DNA of 39,052 nt from Thermoplasmata archaeon (GCA_030046135.1 JASIEC010000140.1:1-39052), one strand, 5' to 3'. Positions 25,253 through 34,353 are shown, counted from the stretch's first letter. The notes: generated by a model not told the origin, from the letters alone. Translations and numbers: made by a program.

Positions 25253-26874
25253 GGCGCCGGCCTCCGGGGGGTGCCAGGGGGAGCCCGGGGCACTCCGGTG
25301 CCGACCGCCCCCGCGTCGGGTCCGGGGGCGAAGGGGACCCCGGACTCAAGCGCGGACTTGAGCTCCTCGTACGCCGACTGGAGGCGGGGCGAGAGCTCCG
25401 TCACCTTGAGGGCGGTCGCGCGCCGGAACGCCTCGCGAGCCCCGTCCACGTTCCGCGTCTTGAACCGGAGGCGGGCGAGGTGGAACTCCCCCACCGCCTC
25501 CGCGGCCCGGAGGTGGCCCTGGCGGGCCATCTCGACCGCGCGGACGTAGGAGCGCTCGGCGTCGTCCCACTGGCCCCGTCGCTCGGCGATCTGCCCCCGG
25601 TTGGACAGGACCTGCTCCGCGCCGAGGGCGTCGGCGAGCCGCTCGAGGAGCAGACCGGCCTCCTCGTTGTCCCGCTCCGCCTCCTCGACGTGCCCGAGCG
25701 CGAGGCGCATCTCGACGCCCGAGAGGAGGGACCGGCCCGCCGCGCGCACGTCGTGGGCCCTCTCCGCGGCCGCGCGCGCCCTCTCGAGGTAGTCGAGTCC
25801 GTCCGCGGGTCGGGTCTCCCCGACCGTGACCCCCAGGTTGTGGAGCGCCCGGGCGAGCTCTCCCCAGTCCGGCGCGGCCCGGAGCCTCTCGATCGCCCGC
25901 TCGTACCACTCGATCGCGATCGGGCGCACCTCGTCCCCGAGGAGCGCGAAGGCGTTCGCGATGTCGATCGAGAGCCGCCCGAGCAGCTTCGGGTCCCCGC
26001 CCGGGAGCAGTTCCTCGAGGGCGCGGAAGCTCTCCTCGAGCGCCTCGCGGAACTCCCCCTTCTGGAACGCGAGGCGCCCGAGGAGCCGGTACGCCTCCGC
26101 CGAGCCGAGCCGGTCCCCGGTGGTCCCGAACAGGCGGAGCGCCTCCTCCGTGCGCTCCGCCGCGGACGGGAGATCGAGGTTCTCCCGGGCGATCTCCGCC
26201 CGCGCGAGGAGGAGGCGCCCGCGGACGCGAGGCTCGTCGCGGTCGATGTTCCGCACGGCCTCCTGGTACCACCGATCGGCCGCCGGATAGTGGGACGTCG
26301 CGTAGGTGAGGTCGCCGAGCCGCTCGGCGATCTCCGCCCGCTCGGCCCGGCGGTCGCCGGGAAGGGAGCCGAGGTCGAGGAGCGCCCGCTCGAGATGGTC
26401 GATCGCACGCTCGGGCTCGTCGGCGATGCGCGCGAGCTCAGCGGCCCGCCGGTTGTACTCGTAGGATTTCGCGGGCACCCGCCCGAGGAAGTAGTGCCGC
26501 CCGAGCTCCGAGAGCGCGTCGAGCGAGGACGGCGGGCTCGTCCGCTCCATCGCCTCGGCGATCCGCCGATGGAGGATCCTCAGGCGGCTCTCGGTGAGGG
26601 ACCGGTAGATCCCCGCCCGGACCTCCTCGGCGGAGAACCGGAACCGGTCCCCTCCCGGCCGCTCCCGGAGGAGGTCTCGCTGGACGAGGCGCTCGATCTG
26701 CTCGGCGAGCGTCTCCTCGTCGACCCCCATCGCGTCGACGAGGAGGGGGAACGAGAATTCGGGGCCGACCGCGCTGGCGTACGCGAGGATCCGATGGAGC
26801 TCCGGGGTGAGCGCGTCGGGGTCGTCGAGGTCCGGGGAGGGGGCGCCGCCCTCCGCGCTCGGTCGCCCCTCCAT
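25249..26874 (-). CDS. TPR-repeat protein, an NTPase-less paralog of the downstream STAND protein (winged-helix-like segment plus TPR array)
   Basis: 541 aa with no P-loop. The segment LAYASAVGPEFSFPLL...ESRLRILHRRIAEAME parallels LAYAVVLGREVDPDRL...ETRRRILHRRVGSALE in the neighbouring gene. The rest is TPR-like. Confidence 0.8.
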   Translation of the reverse strand: MEGRPSAEGGAPSPDLDDPDALTPELHRILAYASAVGPEFSFPLLVDAMGVDEETLAEQIERLVQRDLLRERPGGDRFRFSAEEVRAGIYRSLTESRLRILHRRIAEAMERTSPPSSLDALSELGRHYFLGRVPAKSYEYNRRAAELARIADEPERAIDHLERALLDLGSLPGDRRAERAEIAERLGDLTYATSHYPAADRWYQEAVRNIDRDEPRVRGRLLLARAEIARENLDLPSAAERTEEALRLFGTTGDRLGSAEAYRLLGRLAFQKGEFREALEESFRALEELLPGGDPKLLGRLSIDIANAFALLGDEVRPIAIEWYERAIERLRAAPDWGELARALHNLGVTVGETRPADGLDYLERARAAAERAHDVRAAGRSLLSGVEMRLALGHVEEAERDNEEAGLLLERLADALGAEQVLSNRGQIAERRGQWDDAERSYVRAVEMARQGHLRAAEAVGEFHLARLRFKTRNVDGAREAFRRATALKVTELSPRLQSAYEELKSALESGVPFAPGPDAGAVGTGVPRAPPGTPRRPAP

Positions 26875-26900
26875 CCGGGCTCGCTAGCTTCGGCGGTCCG

Positions 26901-26907
26901 TTAAATT
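26901..26907 (-). promoter_or_regulatory. TATA-like AATTTAA upstream of the TPR/STAND gene pair
   Basis: Centred ~30 nt upstream of ATG 26874. Confidence 0.45.
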
Positions 26908-26965
26908 CTGTCGGCGGACGGAGGAGGGGCGCCGGGAGCCTTCCGCCGCGGCGCTTCCACAACGG

Positions 26966-26972
26966 TTATTAT
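26966..26972 (+). promoter_or_regulatory. TATA-like TTATTAT upstream of the small membrane protein gene
   Basis: Centred ~29 nt upstream of ATG 26998. Confidence 0.4.
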
Positions 26973-26997
26973 CGCTCTCCTGGCTCCACGCCGTCCC

Positions 26998-27252
26998 ATG
27001 GCCCCCGAGCCCGCGGCCGACGCGCCGGAGCCGAACGCGCTCCAGTCGATGCCCTTCCCGCGGAAGGTCACGTTCTGGGGGTTCGCGACGCTGGTGGTCC
27101 TCGCCGTCCTGTTCTACGTGTGGTGGGGCGTGTCGTTCGGGGTGTGGATCGACAACGGCGTCTACGCGGTGTTCATCACGCTGCTCCTGTTCGGGCTCGC
27201 GGGGATGTGGCTGGTCATGCCGAACCCGCCGACCCCCTCCCCGCCGCCGTAG
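26998..27252 (+). CDS. Small hypothetical 2-TM membrane protein
   Basis: 84 aa with two hydrophobic helices (FWGFATLVVLAVLFYVWWGV, VYAVFITLLLFGLAGMWLV). A TATA-like TTATTAT lies ~29 nt upstream. Confidence 0.5.
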   Translation: MAPEPAADAPEPNALQSMPFPRKVTFWGFATLVVLAVLFYVWWGVSFGVWIDNGVYAVFITLLLFGLAGMWLVMPNPPTPSPPP

Positions 27253-27276
27253 CGCCTCGGGGCCCCGTCGGGCGGC

Positions 27277-28704
27277 TCAGAGCGGCTGCGCGGCGAGCGC
27301 CCAGCGGACCCCGGTCGACTCCCCGCAGGCGATGCACTTCGACGGAGCCCCGGGGGCGACGGGCGGCCCCTCCTCCGGGACGCCCAGGAGGGCCCCGTCG
27401 ATCGCGGTCTCGATCGCGTGGCCGCACGCCTCCTTCCCGCACCATCCGACGACGCGCACCCGGTCCGACCCCGCGAGCTCCCCGAGCTCGGAGGCGACCC
27501 GGAAGGCGTCTCGGAACGCCGCGTCGGCGGCGGCGCGGAGGTCCCGGTCGAACGCGGTGAGCCTCTCCTCGACCCCGGCCTCGAGTGTCTCGATCGCGAT
27601 CGTGGTCTTCCGACCCAGGCGGTCCACCGCGGTGACGTTCCCCGACGCCGCCTCCCGGCGGCCGACCTCGAGGCGCAGCGGGACCCCCGCGAGCTCCCAG
27701 CGGTAGTACTTGGCCCCCGGCCGATCGTCGCCGTCGTCCAGGACCGCCCGTCGGCCGGCCCGCTCGAGCCGGCTCGCGAGCGAGCGGGCGAGCGACCCGG
27801 TCGCGCCCGCGTCGCCCGGCGATGGGATCGGCACGAGGACGATCTCGTACGGGGCGATCGTGGACGGGAACACGGCGCCCTTCGCGTCCCCGTGGACGGC
27901 GACGATCGCGCCGAGCAGGCGCTCGGAGAGGCCGAACGTCGTCTGGTGAGGGTGGTGCTGCGAGCCGTCGGCCGCCTCGTAGACGATCCCGTACGGCTTC
28001 GAGAAGTTGTCGCGGTAGTGGTGGACGCTCCCGATCTGGAGCGTCCGGGCGCCGCCGACCGGGATGTCGAAGGCGATCGAGTAGTGGGCCCCGGCGAACT
28101 TGTCCCAGTCGGGGCGGCGGAGCGAGAGGTACGGGAGGCCGAACGCCTCCGCCATCTTCCGGAACGCCGCGAGGTTCGAGCGGACCCGCTCGGTCGCCGC
28201 GGCCTCGTCGACCTGGCAGGTGTGCTCCTCGAAGAAGTGGATCTCCCGGACCCGGACGAACGGGCGCGTCGTCTTGGTCTCGTAGCGGAACGTGTTGACG
28301 ATCTGGTAGACGTTGAGCGGGAGGTCCCGGTGGGAGCGGACCCACAGGGCGAAGACCGGGTAGATCGCGGTCTCGCTCGTCGGGCGGAGGACCAGCGGGA
28401 CGTCGAGGTCGTTGAGGCCGCCCTTCGTGACCCAGAACACCTGGGCGTCGAACCCCTTGATGTGCTCCTTCTCCTTCGCGAACTCGGGGGCGGGGATGAG
28501 GGCGGGGAACTCGACCGCCTGCGAGCCCGTCGCCTCGATCTCCCGGATCATGATCCGGTCCAGGTGGCGGCGCGCCCGCATCCCGTACGGGGTCCAGACG
28601 TTCATCCCCTTCACGCCGTAGCGCTTGTCGGAGAGGTTCGCCTGCTCCACGACCGCGAGGTACCAGTCGATGAAGGCGGTCCGCTTGTCCGGCAGCTCGG
28701 CCAT
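27277..28704 (-). CDS. proS: Proline--tRNA ligase (archaeal/eukaryotic type)
   Basis: 475 aa. Contains FIDWYLAVVEQANL, NTFRYETKTTRPFVRVREIHFFE, a class II core, and the C-terminal Zn-binding segment CGKEACG...CIACG. Confidence 0.93.
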   Translation of the reverse strand: MAELPDKRTAFIDWYLAVVEQANLSDKRYGVKGMNVWTPYGMRARRHLDRIMIREIEATGSQAVEFPALIPAPEFAKEKEHIKGFDAQVFWVTKGGLNDLDVPLVLRPTSETAIYPVFALWVRSHRDLPLNVYQIVNTFRYETKTTRPFVRVREIHFFEEHTCQVDEAAATERVRSNLAAFRKMAEAFGLPYLSLRRPDWDKFAGAHYSIAFDIPVGGARTLQIGSVHHYRDNFSKPYGIVYEAADGSQHHPHQTTFGLSERLLGAIVAVHGDAKGAVFPSTIAPYEIVLVPIPSPGDAGATGSLARSLASRLERAGRRAVLDDGDDRPGAKYYRWELAGVPLRLEVGRREAASGNVTAVDRLGRKTTIAIETLEAGVEERLTAFDRDLRAAADAAFRDAFRVASELGELAGSDRVRVVGWCGKEACGHAIETAIDGALLGVPEEGPPVAPGAPSKCIACGESTGVRWALAAQPL

Positions 28705-28732
28705 GGAGGCGGCGTGAGGGGGCGGTCCGGGG

Positions 28733-28740
28733 AATAAGAG
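28733..28740 (-). promoter_or_regulatory. TATA-like CTCTTATT upstream of proS
   Basis: Centred ~33 nt upstream of ATG 28704. Confidence 0.4.
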
Positions 28741-28844
28741 TATTGGAGGGCGCGCGGCCCCGGCGTCGCGGGGCGTCGGCCGGCGCCCGCGCCCGAGTCC
28801 CCCGCGCCGGGGCCGCCGCCGAGGGACGTCGCTCCACGCGAGCC

Positions 28845-28850
28845 GTTAAG
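28845..28850 (+). promoter_or_regulatory. TATA-like GTTAAG upstream of the DUF373 gene
   Basis: Centred ~30 nt upstream of ATG 28878. Confidence 0.4.
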
Positions 28851-28877
28851 CCGTGAAGGCGCTCTAGTTCGTGGGCC

Positions 28878-29969
28878 ATGCGCCTCGTCGTCTGCGTCGA
28901 CCGCGACGACGACCTCGGCCGCAAGGCCCAGGTCGCGGGCCCGATCGTCGGGCGGGCGAGCGTCCTCGACTCGGCCGTCCGCCTGGGCACGGTCGATCCC
29001 GAGGACTCCGACACGAACGCGATCTTCGCGGCGGTGAGCCTGCTCGACGAGCTCCGCGCCGCGGGGGAGGAGTGCGAGGTGTGCGTGCTCACCGGCTCCT
29101 CGAAGGTCGGGATCGTCTCGGACCGGCGCGTCGCGGAGCAGTTCGACCGCGTCCTGGACCAGGTCCGGGCGACGTCCGCCTACCTCGTCAGCGACGGGGC
29201 GGAGGACGAGTACCTGTTCCCGATCCTCGCCTCGCGCGTCCGGATCGACGGGGTCCGACGGGTGTTCGTCCGCCAGAGCGCGAGCCTCGAGTCGACGTAC
29301 TACACGCTCGTGCGGGCGCTCAAGGACCCCAAGCTCCGGGCGAAGACCGTCCTGCCGTTCGCCTTCGTGCTCCTGATCCTCGGCTTCGCGGCGGCCGACG
29401 GGGTGTTCCTCTGGGGGGTCATCGGCCTCGCGATCGTGCTCGGGGTCTACCTCATCTTCTGGACGTTCGACATCGACGAGATGCTCATCGAGGCGCTCCG
29501 GACCGCCTCGACCGACGTCCGCACGGGCTCGGTGACCCTCGGCTTCGGCCTCCTCACGGTGACCCTCGTCGGCGTCGGCTTCCTCACGGGCTACAACCTC
29601 TACGCGGCGAACCCCGGCCTCTCGGTGTTCGACCGGAGCGTTCTCTTCGTCCAGGCGGGCCTCCTCTGGTGGATCTTGGGCGGCGTCGTCTGGGAGGCGG
29701 GCCGCGCGATCCGCCGCAAGCTCCTCGTCGGCCGCTTCCCCCGCTCGCTCGTCGTCGCGATGACGTCGATCGTGGGCCTCGGGTTCGTCAGCTACGGGAT
29801 CGTCTTCCTGTTCCGCTACCTGCAGGGGATCGCGAGCGGCCCCGAGATCCCGCTCCTGGTCGCCGTGATCGTGACCGGCCTCGGGCTCGTGATCGGCGCG
29901 GGCGTCATCCAGCAGTACTTCAAGGCGACGGCCCGGCGGGCGGTCCCCCCGCCGCCGTCGGCGAGCTAG
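28878..29969 (+). CDS. DUF373-family archaeal membrane protein
   Basis: 363 aa. The N-terminal soluble domain is MRLVVCVDRDDDLGRKA...DPEDSDTNAIFAA, followed by about 6 TM helices. Confidence 0.8.
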   Translation: MRLVVCVDRDDDLGRKAQVAGPIVGRASVLDSAVRLGTVDPEDSDTNAIFAAVSLLDELRAAGEECEVCVLTGSSKVGIVSDRRVAEQFDRVLDQVRATSAYLVSDGAEDEYLFPILASRVRIDGVRRVFVRQSASLESTYYTLVRALKDPKLRAKTVLPFAFVLLILGFAAADGVFLWGVIGLAIVLGVYLIFWTFDIDEMLIEALRTASTDVRTGSVTLGFGLLTVTLVGVGFLTGYNLYAANPGLSVFDRSVLFVQAGLLWWILGGVVWEAGRAIRRKLLVGRFPRSLVVAMTSIVGLGFVSYGIVFLFRYLQGIASGPEIPLLVAVIVTGLGLVIGAGVIQQYFKATARRAVPPPPSAS

Positions 29970-30595
29970 CGGCCCGGCGGCCCGAGCAGCCCGCGCGCCG
30001 CGAGCGCCTCGAGATCGGAGCGCGGGACGTCGAGCCCGCACCGCTCGCGGAGCGTCCGGAGCGTCGCGTCGAGCCCCGGGGTCTCCGCGGCGGCGCGGGC
30101 AGCGAGGGAGGCAAGATCCTCCCAGTAGTTCCAGGGAAAGACGACCCAGACCCAGGCGGTGGCCGGGATCTCCTCCGCGAAGTACGTGGGGACGAACTTC
30201 GAGTGGCCGATGTGCAGGAGCGTCGCGCTCTCCACGCGGGCCGGGCCCGCCGCCCGCAGGTGCTCCGTGGCGAGGGCGAGGCTCTCGCCGGTGTCCGTGA
30301 TGTCGTCGACGACGAGCACCGACTCCCCGCGGACGGCCCCCGACAACCCCTCCGAGAGCTTCGCCGAGCCGTCCCGCGTCGCGGTCACCCCCCAGTGCTG
30401 GGCCCGAAGGGAGAGGAGGCGTCGGACCCCGAGCTGGTCGCAGAGGAGGCGCGCGGGGACCCAGCCGCCGCGGGAGAGGCCGACGATCGTCTCGGGGGCC
30501 CGCCCCGCGGCCCGGACCCGGCGGCCGATCTCGGCGACCCAGCGGTCGATCTCCTCCCAGCCGGCCCGCCGGCAGCGCGGCAGGTCGACGGTCAC
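29966..30595 (-). CDS. Purine (hypoxanthine/xanthine-guanine type) phosphoribosyltransferase
   Basis: 209 aa with a GTG start. PRPP-binding motif is VLVVDDITDTGESL, plus IVGLSRGGWVPARLL. It lies 16 nt downstream of gdhA on the same strand. Confidence 0.85.
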   Translation of the reverse strand: MTVDLPRCRRAGWEEIDRWVAEIGRRVRAAGRAPETIVGLSRGGWVPARLLCDQLGVRRLLSLRAQHWGVTATRDGSAKLSEGLSGAVRGESVLVVDDITDTGESLALATEHLRAAGPARVESATLLHIGHSKFVPTYFAEEIPATAWVWVVFPWNYWEDLASLAARAAAETPGLDATLRTLRERCGLDVPRSDLEALAARGLLGPPGR

Positions 30596-30611
30596 GGTCC
30601 GCTCGCCCGGT

Positions 30612-31874
30612 CTACGGGTAGAACCCGCGGGCCCGGATCGCGTCGACGACCCTCTGGATCGCGACGACGTAGGCGGCCGTGCGGTTGTGGACCCCGCGCT
30701 CCTGGGCGGCCTTGCGGACGTCCGCGTAGGAGCGGACCATCACCTGCTCGAGGCGCTCGTTGACCTGCGCGAGCGGCCAGTAGAACCCCTGGATGTCCTG
30801 GGCCCACTCGAAGTAGCTCACGGTGACCCCGCCCGCGTTCGCGAGGACGTCGGGGAGCACGGGGATCTTCTTCTGGAACAGGATCTTGTCGGCCTCGGGG
30901 AGCGTCGGCCCGTTCGCCGCCTCGGCGACGAGCTTCGCCTGCACCCGGTCGGCGTTCTTGCCCGTGATCTGGTTCTCGAGCGCGGCGGGGATGAGGACGT
31001 CGGCCTTCGTCTCGAGGAGCTCCTCGTTCGAGATCGCCTTCGAGCCGGGGAAGCCGACGACGGAGCCGGTCTTGTGCTTGTACTCCTCGACGGCGTGCGG
31101 GTTGAACCCGTCCGCCTTGTAGATCCCGCCCTTCGTGTCGGACGCCGCGACGATCGTCGCCCCCTGCTCGTCGTGGAGCAGGTTCGCGGCCACGCTCCCC
31201 GCGTTCCCGAACCCCTGCACGGCGACGGTCGCGCCCTTCACCCGGATCCCGGCGTCCTTTGCGGCCTCGCGGACGACGTACGAGCAGCCCCGCCCGGTCG
31301 CCTCGGCCCGCCCCTCGCTGCCGCCCAGGCTGATCGGCTTCCCCGTGACGACCCCCGGGACCGAGTAGCCCTTCTGCATCGAGTACGTGTCCATGATCCA
31401 GGCCATCGTCTGGCTGTCCGTGTAGACGTCCGGGGCCGGGATGTCGACCTCGGGACCGATGATCGAGGCGATCTCGCTCGCGTAGCGCCGGGTAAGACGC
31501 TCGAGCTCGCCGGGGGACATCCTCTTCGGGTCGCAGATGACCCCGCCCTTCGCCCCTCCGTAGGGGATGTTGACGACCGCGCACTTCCAGGTCATCCAGG
31601 CGGCGAGCGCCCGCACCTCGTCGAGCGACACCTGCGGGTGGTAGCGGATCCCGCCCTTCGTCGGGCCCCGGGCCATGTTGTACTGGACGCGGTAGCCCGT
31701 GAAGACCCGGAACGAACCGTCGTCGAGCCGGACCGGGAAGTTGACCGTCAGCTCCCGCTTCGGGTGCTTCAGGACCTCTCGGATCCCCCCGTTGAGGCCG
31801 ATCAGGTCGGCCACGATGTCGATCTGCTGCTTCGCCGTCTCGAACGGATTTGCGGGAGAATTGCTGCCGGGCAT
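30612..31874 (-). CDS. gdhA: Glutamate dehydrogenase
   Basis: 420 aa from ATG 31874 (MPGSNSPANPFE). Contains GPTKGGIRYHP, PYGGAKGG and VAVQGFGNAGS. The remainder of track ORF 30612..34217 is shadow sequence. Confidence 0.93.
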   Translation of the reverse strand: MPGSNSPANPFETAKQQIDIVADLIGLNGGIREVLKHPKRELTVNFPVRLDDGSFRVFTGYRVQYNMARGPTKGGIRYHPQVSLDEVRALAAWMTWKCAVVNIPYGGAKGGVICDPKRMSPGELERLTRRYASEIASIIGPEVDIPAPDVYTDSQTMAWIMDTYSMQKGYSVPGVVTGKPISLGGSEGRAEATGRGCSYVVREAAKDAGIRVKGATVAVQGFGNAGSVAANLLHDEQGATIVAASDTKGGIYKADGFNPHAVEEYKHKTGSVVGFPGSKAISNEELLETKADVLIPAALENQITGKNADRVQAKLVAEAANGPTLPEADKILFQKKIPVLPDVLANAGGVTVSYFEWAQDIQGFYWPLAQVNERLEQVMVRSYADVRKAAQERGVHNRTAAYVVAIQRVVDAIRARGFYP

Positions 31875-32014
31875 CGTCGACTTCCTTGGACGGGGAGGGG
31901 AGCCGGCATCGGCTACTTGAGCGTAGCGCGGTGCCTGCGAAACTCGCTCACGGGAGGCATCCCCGCCGGCGTCGGAGGAGGGCTCGCCCGGGAGGACGCG
32001 GCCGAGGGATCGCC

Positions 32015-33205
32015 CTAGCGGTACGGGACGAAGTCGCGGCCGAGGAGCTCGCGGCCGAGGATGATCCGCATCACGTTGAGCCCTCCCTCGGCGCCGACGA
32101 GGTAGCTCATGATCCCGCGGAGGCCGAGCTCGAGGCCGGCGTCCTTCGTGTAGCCGCTCGCGCCGTACCACATCATCACGCGCTTCACGCACTCGAAGGC
32201 CACCTGGGGCGCGGTCAGCTTCACCGAGGCGACCGCGCGCTCGACCTCGCTCCGATCGGCCCTCGCGCCGTCCTGACGGGCGCGGTCGAGCAGCCAGGCG
32301 GCACGGCGGCACTGCCACTTGACCGCCTCCACCTGCGTCCAGAGGTCGACCAGCTCGAACTGCGGCCCTTCGAACTTCCCGAGGGGCCGTCCGAACACCT
32401 CGCGCCCGCGCAGATGGGCGATCCCGGCCTCGAGCGCCCGCTCGGCCGCGCCGACGCACGCGGCGCTCACGAACGTCCGCGCGTTCGAGAATCCCTCCAT
32501 CGCGACCTCGAAGCCGGCGCCCTCGCGGCCCACGAGCGACGCCGCGGGGACCCGCACGTCGGCGTACGTGAGCGCCCCCGTCGAGATCCCCATCCGGCCC
32601 ATGTTCTCGAACCGCTGGGTCGAGATCCCGTCCGCGCCGGTCGGAACGTAGAGGAAGTTGAACCCCTTCTCGGGGGCCTTCGTGAGCGTGAGGTGTCCCC
32701 CTCCGAGGGACTTCGCCTCCTCGACGCCCGAGACGAACGCCTTCTCGCCCCGGACAACGAACCCGTCGTCGGTGCGGCGCGACGTCGTCGTCATCGCGCC
32801 CAGGTCGCTCCCACCTCCCGGTTCGGTCGTCGCGATCCCGAGGAACGCCCGACCCTTCGTCACGTTCGGAAGAAGCTCCCGCTTGAGCGACTCCTGGCCG
32901 TGCCGGGCGAGGATGCCCCCCCAGCCCGCCTCGAGGAGGAAGAACACCGCCGTCGCCATCGAGAAGTCGCCCCGGCCGACCTCCTCCGCCGCGAGCTCCG
33001 TGAGGACGGCGCTCGCCCCCATCCCTCCGTACTCCTCGGGGACCGGCATCGCGAGGAGCCCGAGGTCGGCCATCGCGGCGATCACCTCGGGCGGGATCCG
33101 TCCGTCCCGGTCGATCCGGCGCTCGTTCGTCCGGAGGACGCGGTCGCCGAACCGACGGACCGCCTCCTGGAACGCGCGCTCTTCGTCGCTGAGGTGAAAA
33201 TCCAT
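32015..33205 (-). CDS. Acyl-CoA dehydrogenase
   Basis: 396 aa. Starts MDFHLSDEERAFQEAVRRF and contains TEPGGGSDLG, an ACAD middle beta-domain and a C-terminal helical domain. Confidence 0.9.
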   Translation of the reverse strand: MDFHLSDEERAFQEAVRRFGDRVLRTNERRIDRDGRIPPEVIAAMADLGLLAMPVPEEYGGMGASAVLTELAAEEVGRGDFSMATAVFFLLEAGWGGILARHGQESLKRELLPNVTKGRAFLGIATTEPGGGSDLGAMTTTSRRTDDGFVVRGEKAFVSGVEEAKSLGGGHLTLTKAPEKGFNFLYVPTGADGISTQRFENMGRMGISTGALTYADVRVPAASLVGREGAGFEVAMEGFSNARTFVSAACVGAAERALEAGIAHLRGREVFGRPLGKFEGPQFELVDLWTQVEAVKWQCRRAAWLLDRARQDGARADRSEVERAVASVKLTAPQVAFECVKRVMMWYGASGYTKDAGLELGLRGIMSYLVGAEGGLNVMRIILGRELLGRDFVPYR

Positions 33206-33234
33206 CGGGTCGGGGACGCGAACGAGCCGTCGAG

Positions 33235-33241
33235 GATTTAG
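33235..33241 (-). promoter_or_regulatory. TATA-like CTAAATC upstream of the acyl-CoA dehydrogenase gene
   Basis: Centred ~33 nt upstream of ATG 33205. Confidence 0.4.
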
Positions 33242-33314
33242 CCTCGCCGAACGGCGGTCCCGCGCACCCCGAATCTCTTAACCTCGGGAGCCTCGGACGG
33301 TCCGGAGCGTCGCC

Positions 33315-34337
33315 GTGAAGGTCCGGGTGGGCGTGAACGGCTACGGAACGATCGGCAAGCGCGTCGCCGACGCCGTCGCCCGGCAGCCGGATCTCGAGCT
33401 CGTGGGGGTCGCGAAGACCCGCCCGAACTTCGAGGCGCGGCGGGCGTTCGAACGCCGGATCCCCCTCTATCTCGCCGGGCCGGGCACGGCCGCCGACTTC
33501 GACGCCGCCGGGATCCGGACCGCCGGGACCCTCGCGGACCTCCTCGGCCGGGTCGACGTGATCGTCGACGCGACCCCCGACAAGGTCGGGCGCGAGAACC
33601 GGGCCGCGTACGAGCGCGCGGGGATCCGCGCGATCTTCCAGGGCGGGGAGAAGGCGGACGTCGCCGAGGCGTCGTTCAGCGCCCTGTCGAACTACGCCGC
33701 GTGCCGGGGGAAGCGGCGACTCCGCATCGTCTCCTGCAACACGACGGGGATCGCGCGGGCCGCCGCGGCGATCGAGCCCCGCTGGGGCGTGGAGCGCTGG
33801 GACGTCGTGCTCGTCCGCCGGGCGACGGACCCGGCCGATTCGCACAAGGGGCCCGTCAACGGGATCGTCCCGACGCTCCAGATCCCGTCCCACCACGGCC
33901 CGGACGTCCGGACGATCTACCCGGAGCTTCCGATCACGACGACGGCCCTCGTGGTCCCCACGACGCTGATGCACGTCCACGTGAACCACGTGCGGTTCCG
34001 GCGCGTGCCGGGCGGTCGCGCCGAGCTGGTCGCGGCGTTCCGGGAGACCCCCCGGTTCCGGCTCTTCGCCTCGTGGGAGCACGTGGAAGGGACCGCGCAG
34101 GCGATGGAGGTCGCTCGGGACCGTTCCGAGGGGCGGGGCGACATGATGGAGAACGTCGTCTGGGAGGAGGGGGTCCGCGTGGACGGCTCCGACGCCTACT
34201 TCTTCCAGGCGATCCACCAGGAGTCGATCGTCGTCCCCGAGAACATCGACGCGATCCGCGCGATGATGGATCTCGCGCCGGACGGCGCGGCCTCGGTGGC
34301 GATCACCGATCGCGCGCTGGGCCTCGGGCGAGCCTAG
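33315..34337 (+). CDS. gap: Glyceraldehyde-3-phosphate dehydrogenase, archaeal type II
   Basis: 340 aa with a GTG start. Contains VGVNGYGTIGKRVADAV, the catalytic SCNTTG, and IPSHHGPDV. Confidence 0.92.
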   Translation: MKVRVGVNGYGTIGKRVADAVARQPDLELVGVAKTRPNFEARRAFERRIPLYLAGPGTAADFDAAGIRTAGTLADLLGRVDVIVDATPDKVGRENRAAYERAGIRAIFQGGEKADVAEASFSALSNYAACRGKRRLRIVSCNTTGIARAAAAIEPRWGVERWDVVLVRRATDPADSHKGPVNGIVPTLQIPSHHGPDVRTIYPELPITTTALVVPTTLMHVHVNHVRFRRVPGGRAELVAAFRETPRFRLFASWEHVEGTAQAMEVARDRSEGRGDMMENVVWEEGVRVDGSDAYFFQAIHQESIVVPENIDAIRAMMDLAPDGAASVAITDRALGLGRA

Positions 34338-34353
34338 GCGCCTCGGCGGGGCG

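Noticed and set aside
21675-25349. 1224-aa minus-strand ORF covering the aminotransferase, ubiE and STAND genes
   Set aside because: It has the same RPG-rich shadow composition. It overlaps, in another frame, three genes with clear motifs (PLP lysine, SAM motif, Walker A).
31875-34217. Upstream extension of the gdhA ORF (track 30612..34217, 1201 aa)
   Set aside because: GDH homology starts at MPGSNSPANPFE (ATG 31874). The extension overlaps the ACAD and GAPDH genes in shadow frames.
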